Positions 48,113-60,010 of a stretch of DNA of 64,000 nucleotides are shown piece by piece. Position 1 is the first letter of the stretch, and each line of letters starts with the position of its first letter. The position numbers were made by a program, and so were the translations under genes. Source of the stretch: Chrysemys picta bellii (Eukaryota); contig NC_088815.1 in NCBI RefSeq assembly GCF_011386835.1, positions 12,338,001 through 12,402,000 on the forward strand. Direction: 5' to 3'. Under the pieces are notes generated by a model, which did no database searches, had not been told where the DNA came from, and saw only the letters and a list, made by a program, of their open reading frames with translations.

Positions 48113-49149
48113 CCCATTGTAGGTCTCCGACACTCTTTGGCACAGTTGGTGACATTCAGGACTGTTCCACATACTGGGGGCACTTAATTCCTTTGGGAAA
48201 CTTTTGCCCCACTTACTCAGGTGCTTAAAATGGGGGAACCGCCCGCTGCCCCCGGTTGTGGCCGCAATTCTCCGAATTATCAGGCCGTTTTTATCTTCTA
48301 TGTGGTCATTGAATTGTGTTCTGTGCCAGTGGAGTGACTCCATTCGAACTGGTGGCATTACACCAATGGGTAACTTGGTCTGGGGTGTGCGTTCGTGCGC
48401 CGGTTTTGGAGGACTCCTGGAATGGGGGTGACGCTGCACCCACCCACCCCTAGCGATTCCTGGTGCAGAAAGATTTTATCCCTTCCTCCTGATCTGATTC
48501 AGCGGGCCACCATCTCCTCCCCGTTCCTTCTTTCCCTCCTATCTCTCCTGTCTGTCCCCTGCTGCTCTGCCTCTGTTCCAGCTACAATGCAGCCACACAT
48601 GCACACCCCCTTCTCCACTTGCTGTCTAAATCCAGGGCGAGACAAAGGGCCCCATTCAGAGCCAGGGAGGCTGGTTGGGGAGGGGTGGGGAAGAAAGCAC
48701 TTGGCCTCTGGTTTGGCATTTTTGGCCTGGCCCTGAGGAAGCTGTAGGCTGGGGACATGCTGCAGAAATAGAAGCTGGGGGGAGGGTGTGGGGTCAACAC
48801 AAAACAATCCTGCTTTCTCTTCCTGGCAGACTTGAAAATATACTTCCCACCCCTCGCCCTGGGCCCTTTCCCAGCTGGGGGCAGAGGCTTCTGTCCGGGT
48901 GCCAAGCTTTGGGGTGCTCCTAGGTGGACTCCAGCCAGACATCTGCCTGGAGAGGACTTTCAATTTGTCATCGCCACTTCCCGAGCTGGGGCCAGCCCTA
49001 GGTTACGCAGGGTCCTAGAAGTCAGACGTGAGCCCCCAGCCCCGATCCAGTTTGGCAGCTGCAAGGCTCATGAGCTTCTGCAGAGGTGGCAAAGACCAGC
49101 CATTGGTACAATCTGTTCAGGCACCTGTGTGCGGGCCTGGGGGAGGCAG

Positions 49150-49340
49150 TGAGGTCTAGTGGTCAGAGCACAGGGTTGGGAGTCAGGACTCCTAGGTTCT
49201 ATCCCCAGCTCTGGGAGTAGAACGGGATCCAGTGGTTAGAGCTGGGGACTGGGAGTCAGGACTCCTGGGTTCCATTCCCAGCCTCGCTGATGGCTTACAT
49301 TGGCTAAGTGGCTCGCCCTCTCTGTGCCTCGGTTTCCCCT
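49150..49340 (+). mobile_element. MIR/CORE-like SINE with duplicated head
   Basis: Two units tagtggt(c/t)agagc...gggagtcaggactcct.ggtt, then ctctgtgcctcggtttcccc. Confidence 0.75.
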
Positions 49341-52300
49341 GGTGTGGGATGGTTTCCTGACATCATCACACATGGGTGGGGTGTGCAGGCTTAGCTCCTG
49401 CAGCTAAACCCAGGTGCTGCCAGCCAAGGGCTTTGCGGTCCCTCCAAGGGCAGAGCGTTGTGTATGCTGCTGGTAAGGCAGAGCCCTGTCTCCACCCCAC
49501 CCGCCCGTTCCCATGGCAGGGCTCGGCTGGGGTATGCGTGTAGGAGGCCTCCACTTATCTGCAGGGAGCAGCCCTTTATTCACCTTGAGCTTTGGGCCCT
49601 GCGCCGCCCCCTCCCATCCCCAGAAAGTTAATTTCTTTCCTTCCCGCCCCCTCCTTGTTCTTCCTTTCATGACGCCGGAGCCGCCGAACAGGGCTTAGCA
49701 GGATTCTTGCGCCCGGGGACGTCACTGGCATGTGAGCCGGGCAGCTGCCCTCCCTCGTAGGGAAGCGTCTCTTGGCAGGGGAGAGAGAAACGAGACGTGG
49801 CAACCAACCAGCTTCCGAGCCGCCCAGTTGCTGGTTGCGGCTTGCCGCTTGCCCTGGGGCTGGGGAGGGATTCGGGGTGTCTCTCTGCTTGTGGGGACCT
49901 GGGGGGAGGAGGGGGTCGGTCATCCTCAAATGATCTCCCTCCACCTCTCTCCATTCTCCTTCCCTTTCCCCTCCATCCTGCCTTCCCAAGGTCACTGCTG
50001 CAGGCTGCCTCCAGCTCCAGCCCTTCCTAGGTTCTCATTTCCCCCCTCTCTGGGTAAGCTCCCCTCCTCCGCTCAGAGCAATGCTGCTTTCCTCCCCCCC
50101 CCGCAGCCTCTCCAAGTCCTTTCAAGCCCCCCTCGCTGGGCTCGGACTCCCCCCCTCCCCCCAGAGCGGCCTGGTTGGGGGGAGCTGCATTCCATCCACC
50201 CAAGCTTCCCCGCTCTGTTTGTTCAGTTGGCTCCGGGCGTAGGGAGGTGGGCGCTACAGAAAAGGAACTGAGGGGGAGGGAGAGAGGAGGAAAAAAAGGG
50301 GGGGGGGATAGAGGGAACAACAAAGGCCTGCTCCAGGGGCTGGAAATGTGCCTGAGCCCTGCAGGAAGCGGACTCTGGCTCACCCCTCCCCCACCCCGTT
50401 CCTAGGGTTTGGGGGTGTGTGTGTGGGGGGTTGTGTGCCTTTCACTGATTTGTTTTGAAATAGCATTACACACCTTGCTTCCAGTCTCTTCCCCCCCCCC
50501 CCCCCATCTGTGCTGCTTAAACTCTGCGTGTGATTGTGGGGGGAGGGGGACCCAAGTCCCTGTTTCATTCATCCTCCATCATTATCCACGGATTGAGGAT
50601 GCTTTTGTAAGCTATTGAACCTGGGACCCCCTTAGCCCCCTTTCTCCCCCCCCCCCAATTGCAAAGCCTCATGAATGGTTAGAGCAGGAAAAAGCTGGTT
50701 CTCAGCTGGAGATGATCTGTGTTGGGGGGGGGGGGGGCGGCAGCGGGGGGCTGTTGGAACAGCCCCCTCTCCTCTTCCCAGCACCCAGCAGAGGTTTGAA
50801 ACTGGGGCAGGACAGGGTGCTGGGTGGAGAAGGAGGGGCTCGGCGGATAGGGTGTGTCTGAGACGCACTCGCTCAGGCGTGGAAGGTAGCATCTCTTTTC
50901 CTCCCTTCCCCCCCAAGCAGTCGCTTGGCTTCATACACCTGCACCGCTCGAAGCAGGAAGGGAGCCGGGACCTCCAGGCCGCCCCGAGGTTCCTTCTCTG
51001 CAACAATTTGCTTAGAGAAAAGAACTGAAACTGGAGTCACTCGCCTTTCCAAAGGCCTGGGCGGGGGCCGCATGGTGTTGTGCTGTTCAAATGTAATTCT
51101 TTGCGTCGTCTTTTCCCCCCCCCCCCGCCCACTAGGTCTTCGCCTCTCAGCCAACGCAAACAAGAGCTCGCTGGGGCCCGAAAGTCGTGTGCGAGTGCTC
51201 CCAGAGAGCCTAAGTGAGGCCTGGTGGGATGGGAACTAGGCCAGGGCAGCCATCTTGAAACATGGCTGCTGTTGAAGGACTCAGGGCTGCGCAGCCTCTT
51301 CCCCCTTCCCCCCCTAGCTGCTTTTGCACTGCTGTTGCTGGTGGAAAGATAGAACAGGCTGGATTTCTTTCTTGTTTGGGGCTCGTGGTGCCTGCGCGCT
51401 GCACGGCCACCCAGCCATCTTGCCGCAGCTTTGCACGTCACGTGACTGGGAGCACGGCCCTCAACCTGCCCAACCCCGGCGGCTCCTCTCGGCACCACCA
51501 TGCCCGGGAAGCGGGACAGACCCGGGGCTTGCCAGCAGGGAGAGCTAAGGAGTGGGGTGGAGGACATTGGGGGGGGGGGCCCTTGACGGGGGGCTGGGTT
51601 TTCTGTGTCAGCTGAGCTGGCTTCCAAGGGCCTGTCCACACTGGCGTCCGGGTGGGTCTGCCTGCAACTGAGGGACCGTGGTCCCATCTACACCACAAGG
51701 TGAAACAATGTTTGACTGACATGGTGGGGGGGATAGGGCCGATTTAACCTGTAGTCACCCGTTTGTCCGCTCCCGCCGTGGCGACGTCTCCAGGATGGCC
51801 AAGGTCCTTAATGCAGTCTGAAATGGGCTTTAAAGCATGGTAGCTGTGTCATGGCCTAGGACCCTTTTAATTGGGTTTCTCCAGAGCCTGCTCCGCCCCA
51901 GCGGCAGGGGGTCTGGCATAGGTTCTGGCATGGGTGTGAAACTCTAGTGTGTAAGAGAGGGGAGATAGATGCTCCCCTGCCTCCTCCCCCCCCCAGGGGG
52001 GTTAATAACAAGGTTCATAGACACCCTCACCCTGGAAATCCCTTCTGCCCTGTGCTAGAACCTGGCTCAGACATGTTTGCAGCTGGCATATTCGCGGGTA
52101 GGAGCTGGGGGGGGGGGGGGGGTAGTTCTAAATTTCTCTCTGAGCAATCACCCAAGCCCTGGTGACCCCTGGCCACGTACCCAGCTGTCCCGAGCTCCTG
52201 GGAACAGTAGTGCTGCTGTGTGAGGACGGATCTGGCCCAGACTGGCTCTCGGCTGCAGGGGAAGTCGCTGAGAGCGCTCTCACGGAGGGAAGGGGGGAGG

Positions 52301-54814
52301 GCAGACACACAAACCAACACTGTTGCTTGTGTGTAGCCGGCTATCCGCAGCGCCCCGCTGGCTCGCACTCCAGACAAACAGCGCTAGTATTTCTGTAGGG
52401 ATTTTTTTTCTTCTCTCTCTTTCTCCCCCCCCCTTTCCCCCTGGAGGGGATCCTAAATATTTAAGGCTCGCTAACAGGGCTTTGCTCTCTGGGCTGTGCA
52501 TGCCGTGCATGCCTTTCCGCCCACTGATGCAGCCATGGACAGCAAGGGGGCCTGAGGCATCAATCGCATTTGGAGAGGGTCTCGGCGACGGGGGTGTTGG
52601 GGGGGCAGAGGGGGAGGGAAGAGCGCTGAGGGAATCTCTGGTGGGAGGGCTCTGGCAAGAGCTGCCGCCAATGGGGAGGGGGTGGCTCAGCTGTAGCTGC
52701 AGGGGAGAGGGTTTGGTGCGGCTTTAGCTGAGGGGGGCTGATTATAGGCCCCCTTCCCCGTCTGCCCTGGGGCTGTCATGCATAGCGATCTTCCTGCCCT
52801 GTGCACCCTGGTTCTTGGCCGAGCTGGGATCAGGACCCTGCAACAGAGAACAGCTGGGGGGCCAAGTGGGATGGATCACACCTGGGGACCCCCATCCTGC
52901 AGAAGTCTAGGCATGTGTGTGCTTTGGGTCTAGGTTTTGGGATAGGTGACTTTCGATTGGACATGCCGTGGGTCTGGGAGAGCCTTGTTGTGTCTGGGTA
53001 ATGCCTAGCACCGTGGGATTGGGGCCTCTAGGCCCTACCCCAATACAAATAAGGAATATTAACTCTCTGGAGCCTCTAGGCTCTCACAAGGGCCCAACGC
53101 TCCAGTATCGGAGCCCCTCACCAGTATGTCCAGCCTTCTCCTCCTCCCAGCCACCCCCTCCCCTGAGAGCTGGAAGAGTGCTACCCCTGCTTCACAGATG
53201 GGGGTGTGTGTGTGTGTGGGGGGAAACCGAGGCACAGAGACCAGGGAGAACTGATTCCCCTCCTTGTAATGAAGGAAACAGGGAACCCATATTTTCTGTG
53301 TCTCAGTTCTGTACGTCCCGTCCCCACCCCGCATACCCAGTGACCGTCCTTGTCCGCTCACGGCCTGTGTGGTTCCGATCCCAGCTCGGGGCCTCGTCGG
53401 TTCTACTCCCCTCTCTGTCCCTCGCCGCCCCTCCCCCTGGTGCCGCAAGCTCCTTCCCCCTCCCCCGGCGCTGTGGGGAGAGAGAGCCGCTTTCACGGCC
53501 AAGTTTATTATTGAGTGGGATCCTTTTTTCCTCTTTCTCCAGCGCTGAAGCCCGTATCTATAAATGTGCAATTGTTCATCCTCCCACTTGCTGCTAAACC
53601 AAGCGGGGCGCTCGCTCTCTGGCGCGCACTCGCCCCGGCGATGAGAGCTTGCGCTCCTGACGGAGAGGAGTGGGTGGGAAGCAGCCAGTGGCTTCTGTTC
53701 CGCTCAGTAAGGGGGAGCCCCCCCCATTAAAATGCCCAACAAACCTACCTCTGCCAACGGCACAATCGCTCCCTTCTCAGGGAGAGCACCTAGGCGGCGT
53801 CCCTGCCCACTCCTTCCACCCCGTACCCCTTCCTCCCCGGAACCAGAGCTGCCCCGTGCTCTCTGGGGCCTCTATACCGGCCTCTTGGGGCTCATCCACT
53901 GTGGGGCCTTCTCCTGTGTGGGTGGGCACTGGCTGTAGCACCCCCTGGAGACTGTTTTTGAGGCGGGATCCAACCTCGGGGAGGAGGGGGTCTTAATAGC
54001 CCCCTCCCCGCTCTGCTGAGGCCAAGCTGTGAGTCCAGGCATCCCCATTGCTGTGCGGTCTCCTGTCTGTCTGCCTCTTGGAGGCAGGGGATAGTGGCAT
54101 TCTGGGGGGCTGAAGTGGAGATTCCGGCGGGGGGGGGGGGGGAGGGGGTTGGTACAGCCAGGACTGGGGATCAAACTGGGTGTGCTTTGCATGGGTCATT
54201 GGGAAGAGGGAGAGGGGAGAATGCTGGGAAGCTGGAAGGGCCTAAACAAAATGGCTCTCCTTCCCCAGCCATATCCTTTTCCCCCTCTCCCCCCCCCCCC
54301 CCCCGCTCCACACACACCCACCCACCATGCTCTATTTATCCTTGAGTATAGGAAGGAAGAAGGGTGTGTGTATGGGAGGGGGGTACGTTTCCGCTCCCAA
54401 CCCCCTGCTGATTCCATGGCGATAAAACAAACACGACACTGCTTGAGAATTGGGGAGATTTGTGTCAATTTGGGGGCATCTCTGGGAATGAAGCTTTCTG
54501 GCCTGTACTCCGGGGGGGGGGAATAATTATTTGGGGGTTAGGGACTGAATGGTGTGGGGAACTCAGTTAGGAGTGGGGCAGCTAGCGAGTATTTGGCGCT
54601 GGGGCGGGATCGCTCCTGATGGCCAGACGGGGCGTCCTCGGGGCATGGCCTCTGGCCGCATGGCAGTTCAGCGGGAGTCTGACCACTGTTGCTGCCCTAA
54701 GCCGTCTCGGTTCCTGCCCTCTGGTCCAGCTTCTCCCTCTCCTTTGGGATCCTGCTGGTAGGAAAGGTGCTAGAATTTGAGCTTTCCTTGGACTGCTGGA
54801 GGTGGTGGGCTCCA

Positions 54815-55090
54815 GGGAGTAGAACAGGGGGACTGGGAGCCAGGATTCCTGGGTTCTGTTCCCAGCTCTGGGAGAGGAGTGGTGTCTAGCGGTTGGAGCA
54901 AGGAGCTGGGACTTAGAAAGGCCTGTTGGATCAAAAAAGGCAACGTTGTTCCCTCTAGCGCGTCTTTTAGTGCTCTGCCAGGTCTAGTATTTAAATTGTT
55001 CCCGCTCTGGGCCTCGGTTTCCCCATCTGTGGATAAGGGGATAATTCTCGCCTACTGGTTCACACAGTGCTTGTAGAGTCTTTGCTGAAC
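54815..55090 (+). mobile_element. MIR/CORE-like SINE with duplicated head
   Basis: gactgggagccaggattcctgggttctgttcccagc...tagcggttggagc; core gcctcggtttccccatctgt. Confidence 0.65.
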
Positions 55091-55227
55091 GGTGCTCTCA
55101 AACCAGAATGCTTGATTGTCGCAAGGTGTTTTTTCACTCCCAACTCTGCCACTTGGGCAAGTCTCCTGGGCTGGTATTTTCAAAGGGGCGGAAGGGCAGT
55201 AGTTGCATAAGAGTGGCCATACTGGGA

Positions 55228-55727
55228 NNNNNNNNNNNNNNNNNNNNNNNNNNNNNNNNNNNNNNNNNNNNNNNNNNNNNNNNNNNNNNNNNNNNNNNNN
55301 NNNNNNNNNNNNNNNNNNNNNNNNNNNNNNNNNNNNNNNNNNNNNNNNNNNNNNNNNNNNNNNNNNNNNNNNNNNNNNNNNNNNNNNNNNNNNNNNNNNN
55401 NNNNNNNNNNNNNNNNNNNNNNNNNNNNNNNNNNNNNNNNNNNNNNNNNNNNNNNNNNNNNNNNNNNNNNNNNNNNNNNNNNNNNNNNNNNNNNNNNNNN
55501 NNNNNNNNNNNNNNNNNNNNNNNNNNNNNNNNNNNNNNNNNNNNNNNNNNNNNNNNNNNNNNNNNNNNNNNNNNNNNNNNNNNNNNNNNNNNNNNNNNNN
55601 NNNNNNNNNNNNNNNNNNNNNNNNNNNNNNNNNNNNNNNNNNNNNNNNNNNNNNNNNNNNNNNNNNNNNNNNNNNNNNNNNNNNNNNNNNNNNNNNNNNN
55701 NNNNNNNNNNNNNNNNNNNNNNNNNNN
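55228..55727. other. Assembly gap, exactly 500 N
   Basis: Direct count; the round number suggests a placeholder size. Confidence 0.99.
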
Positions 55728-55874
55728 GTTTGTAACGTGCTTCGAGGATCTTAGACAGTGGGTGCTGCAGGGCAACCGAGTCCAATATCATTATTAATAA
55801 GCACTCCTATAGTAGCATCTGGTGGACACCTTAACATTTCAGCGTTAGTGCCACACAGTGATGAGCCATCTCCG

Positions 55875-56250
55875 ATCATCTCAGTGGGGGCTGATAGCCT
55901 GGCCTGGGATTTCCTGTTGGATGCTCTGAGATCATTTGGCTAGCGGGGGCGGGAACGGGAAGCGTTGCTGGATTCTCTTCCCAGGGCTTCCATAATAACT
56001 AGCGGCAGGACCACAGAGTAGTTCCTGCATCCTAGGGGCAGGGTTTCTTGGTCTCTCTACTCCTCTCCTGCTCTGGGTATTTGAGCCGCTGGTGGGTGGT
56101 GCTAAGGGCAAATACAGAGAGTGCCATACTCCACACATGAAGTGCTGTTCTATTTATTACACCCACAAGCTAGCCCTGATCCAAATAGTGGAAGGGGTTT
56201 GGTCAAGCTGTCTGGTTTGAAGGTTAATTTAGGAAAATCAGAGGCTTACC
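55875..56250 (+). mobile_element. Decayed L1-clade (L1/Tx1) LINE reverse transcriptase remnant
   Basis: Ordered motifs across frameshifts: DSLAWDFLLDALRSFG, QGFLVSLLL..(V)FEPL, YSTHEVLFYLLHPQ (degenerate YADD region), LSGLKVNLGKSEA. Confidence 0.68.
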
Positions 56251-56852
56251 TATACCATCTCCAGATCAAATTCACAGGTGAGTCTAAGGCAGTGTACTGT
56301 CTCTTTTCCCACTAGTCTACGTGAGGCCATGTACTGGTAGATTCTCCAGTGTTTCAGCGAGTGGTAGCAGAATGGGAGAAAAGCGTAGAAACCATGTATA
56401 GCAAAGGCTTCCATGGCCAGCAGCATTTTTAGCACCACATCCTGCAGCCCCCGTCTGAGCACGGTTAGCTGACACGCTGTTAAAACCGCCTTCAGCCGCG
56501 TGAGCCCTACCCCTGGTGGTGGTGGTGGTGGGGTGTACTGGCCTTAGCAATGGTGGGAAATGTTACCCGAGAAAACCTAATGTCAGTGGGCTTAGTCCTA
56601 GACTCACCCCCGCTGATACCTCTTCACACATCGCCTCCGACTCTGGTTTTGAGTGGGTCCCTCCTCAAATCCAAGGTGGTCATCTCAGACTGAAGTTTTA
56701 GGAACCAGAGACACCTGCCTTCCACAAGGAAAATGGGATCCCTGACTCGGGGAGAGGAACTTCCCTGCTCCAGATGTCTGTTTTCCTACGGCTTTGTTAC
56801 GTTCCCCAGGCTCTCCCGAACTCTGAGTCCAGACCGAAGGATACAATGCAGC

Positions 56853-56975
56853 TAGGGTGACCAGATGTCCCGATTTTATAGGGACAGTCCCGATTTTTGG
56901 GTCTTTTTCTTATATGGGCTCCTATTACCCCCCACCCCCGTCCTGATTTTTCATTTTTGCTGTCTGGTCACCCTA
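56853..56975. mobile_element. hAT (Blackjack-like) MITE, 123 bp
   Basis: TIRs TAGGGTGACCAGA/TCTGGTCACCCTA; perfect 8-bp TSD AATGCAGC at 56845-56852 and 56976-56983. Confidence 0.9.
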
Positions 56976-58371
56976 AATGCAGCTGGAGTTTTACTGGGGA
57001 TGGCATTGGGGGCCGTAGCTCAGGAATCAGTTTGCAATCGGCAATGTCTCTCTAGGGACAAGGGGCGAGTCTCGTTTCCCTAACAAGGGCAGCAAGGAAT
57101 ATAACATCCTGGCAAGATCCCCCTCAGCGTTCCTGACCAGGACGTAGGTGCAACTGACGTAGAGTAAGACCCTGAACCTCAGCAGTGAATCCTGCCTCCA
57201 CGTGTTGGGGCGAAATGATCAGGGACTCCTAGGGGCCCCGGGAGTGGATGGTATGCTAGGAAGAGCCTTTTCAAAAGGATGCTGCTGAGTTAGTGCCCCC
57301 CAAAAGGCAATGGCGCCCCCCCAGTTTGGAGCACAAGAGCACTTAAATGGTTTCAACAGGCGGCCCCAAATCTGTTCCCGCTGTAAGTAGGAAGCAGGAA
57401 TAAGTGGGCAGCCCTGGAGGGAAGTGACCATCTGTATAGGAACATTCACCATTTAGTATTATAATGCACATGTACAAAGTGCCTCTCACCTTGGTATCTG
57501 GGCTTAATCCTGCTCCCACTGAAGCCCTTGGCAAAACTCCCAGTGACCTCAGTACCTTCAATCCTCTGCTTGTAGTGCCTCACTTGCCATTTCCTACAAA
57601 TCAAATTACCAAGGGGCTGATTGGATTGCAAACATGTTTAGAAAATGTTTTCATTGCTGCTTTTTAAAATCTCCTTTATCCTAAGTTAAAAATAGGCACC
57701 GGGCCTGAGCCGGCAAAGTTTGGGCTGCGGATCCTGATGTAGGTTCTGAACTTAGCCAGAGTCTGGGGGTTGGTTCTGTCTAGAGATGAGAGGGGGGAAA
57801 AGGTTGGTGCAGTCCCACCTCTAGTTAAAAAGCCAACTGTAATAACTTGCAATCAACTGGGACAAAGTGCATGGGGGGGGGAAGGGGGTCAGGGTGTGTG
57901 TGGCCAGGAGGGACCGGGAAGGAAGCAAATTAAGTCATCACTGCAGAGAAACGTTGTCCAACAATGTGATTTGCACCATCCAACACACAGTTATAACAGA
58001 AACCCCTTATCTGCGTCTGATCCGCTCACATATACTTATTCAGATAACAGAGAGCTTATTTTTTTGGAGAGAGACTGATCTATATGTTGCAGTTCAAATA
58101 AATACAAAAAGGCGGCCAAATCTGCCTATATACATTCCAGTGAACTCCTGTGTTTCATGGGTGGTGGAGGAAGAGATGAACAGCTGACATTTTACCCTAC
58201 AAATAGAGGTAGAGGGGGAAAGGCTTTTTAATACTGGTTCGGCGAACTGGGTACTTTAAGAGGCAAGCAACAAAATCTAATGTCTATTTGGAATTAGAGG
58301 AGGCGGGGGAAGAATGCATGGCGATAGTCTATCCAACACCTCCATACTGCTGTGACAGGTACGTTAAAATG

Positions 58372-58550
58372 TTAACAGTGAAGGTCATTAACCATTGGAA
58401 CAGTTTACCCAGAGTCATGGTGGACTCTCCAACACGGGCAATTTTTCAGTTAAGATGGGATGTTTTTGTAAAAGATCTGCTGTAGGAATCCTTTTGGGGA
58501 AGTTCTCAGGGAGGTCAGACTAGATGATCTTAGGAATCTATGACTCTATG
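58372..58550 (+). mobile_element. CR1 LINE 3' fragment (different subfamily)
   Basis: VKVINHWNSLPRVMVDSP..IFQLRWDVFVKD motif followed by tail gaggtcagactagatgatc. Confidence 0.8.
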
Positions 58551-58659
58551 AAAATGTTCTAGATCAATAGACATTTTAAGTATAACAAGAGGTTAATTTC
58601 AGTGCTAATTAAAACAAAGTGTTTTGCTTAGAAAGTTCCCAGTTAGCTTTGAAGGCAGT

Positions 58660-58850
58660 GCTGTCCAGGAGAGAGAGCACTAGACATGGATGCAGAAAAC
58701 CTGGGTTCTATACCACATCCATTGATGAGCTTGGCCAAATCACTTCCCCGCTTGGTGCCTCGGTTTCCCCCTCTGTAAATAATGATACTGGCTGTCCTTT
58801 GGTAAAGCAGTTTCAGATCTATGGATCTAGCTAATAGGGCTATAGTGTGA
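58660..58850 (+). mobile_element. MIR/CORE-like SINE
   Basis: cctgggttctat...gagcttggccaaatcacttcc...tgcctcggtttccccctctgtaaa. Confidence 0.7.
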
Positions 58851-58980
58851 AGGAAGAGGAGGAAGAAGGTCAATGCTATTCGCCCCGCAACGTGAGTAGA
58901 AGGGGGCATATATGTTCATAACCAGATTGGGTGTTGGCCACCATGCAGTTGCAGATGCACAAGTGTGTCCGTGAAATTGT

Positions 58981-59357
58981 TGGACGAGGATTGCTCAGGT
59001 GGTTGGCAGCAGACTGTTGAGTCTTTCGCCGCTTGGTTGGGAGTTCAAATCCAACCCAGGCTGGCGGCTCCTGGAAATTGCTACGCACCGTACGATTGCT
59101 GTTTGGTGGTGTCTGTGAAATGAGTTTGATCTCAGTCCAGTTCTCACTGAACAAATACCCACGTTGCAAAAACCAGCACAGAAGTTGGGCCACAGCGATT
59201 ATCCTGCCTTTTCCCCAAGGCACCTCTAGCTTGGGGTTGGGGGCATCGTGATTGGCTAGTTTGTGGAAGACTCACGTGGTCCCTGCCCATACTGGACCCA
59301 GTCTGTGGAGAAAGCGGGCTTCAGTCTCCAGGTACCTATCACTAGTGCTAAATCCAC
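58981..59357 (+). mobile_element. LF-SINE, near full length
   Basis: tRNA-like head with B-box (gagttcaaatccaacccagg), body gctgtttggtgg..tgtgaaatgagtt...tctcagtccagttc, tail ttcagtctccagg...cactagtgctaaat; all resemble the recalled LF-SINE consensus. Confidence 0.78.
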
Positions 59358-59744
59358 ACACAGATACCTGAAATATATAAGCTAGAATAAATATCCGGCT
59401 GTAGGTTGCATGTGCAATGTGGAAGATGGAGGAACCCAAGTCTGAAGTCAATGGGAGTTGTGGGTGCTCGGCACTTCTCAGGATTAGGTCTTGTGCAACT
59501 GGGCTTTGCAAATCCCATATTTTAGCTGCCCCTAGAAATAACTTTGTGGCTTTGCGCGTGGAATTCTGTGCATTAGCCCTGCTAAAATGGGCACCTCGGC
59601 CCCAATCCTCATCTCCTGGCAGCTAGTTCCCCATTGACTTCACTGGGATCAGGAGTTAGGCCTTTAAAATGCATTTGGAAAATCTAGGTCTACAGCTGCG
59701 GGCACTTTCCATAATTCTCACTCTGCCTCTGTCTCCAGAGCCTC

Positions 59745-60010
59745 CCAGTTGGCCGATGGGGGTAGGGGCACTGAACTGGGAGTCAGGAGAGCTAGGGTCA
59801 GTTCCCAACCCTGCCACCGATCTGCTGGGTGACCTTGGGCAAGTCACTTTCCCTCTGGTTCCCCTCCCCCCCTTTGTCTTGTCTTGCTAGATTGTAAACA
59901 CTTAGAGGAAGGGATAATCTCCTCACTAGAGGTGTGTAGAGCAACTGCTCAATGGGAGCCCAAACTCAGTTGGGGCCACTGGTTGGTACAGCAATACAGA
60001 TAATTATAAT
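59745..60010 (+). mobile_element. MIR/CORE-like SINE
   Basis: ggcactgaactgggagtcagga...gtgaccttgggcaagtcactt plus tail tagattgtaa...atacagataat. Confidence 0.7.

Noticed and set aside
55108-55797. ORFs of 183-229 aa
   Set aside because: Artefacts of translating through the N gap.
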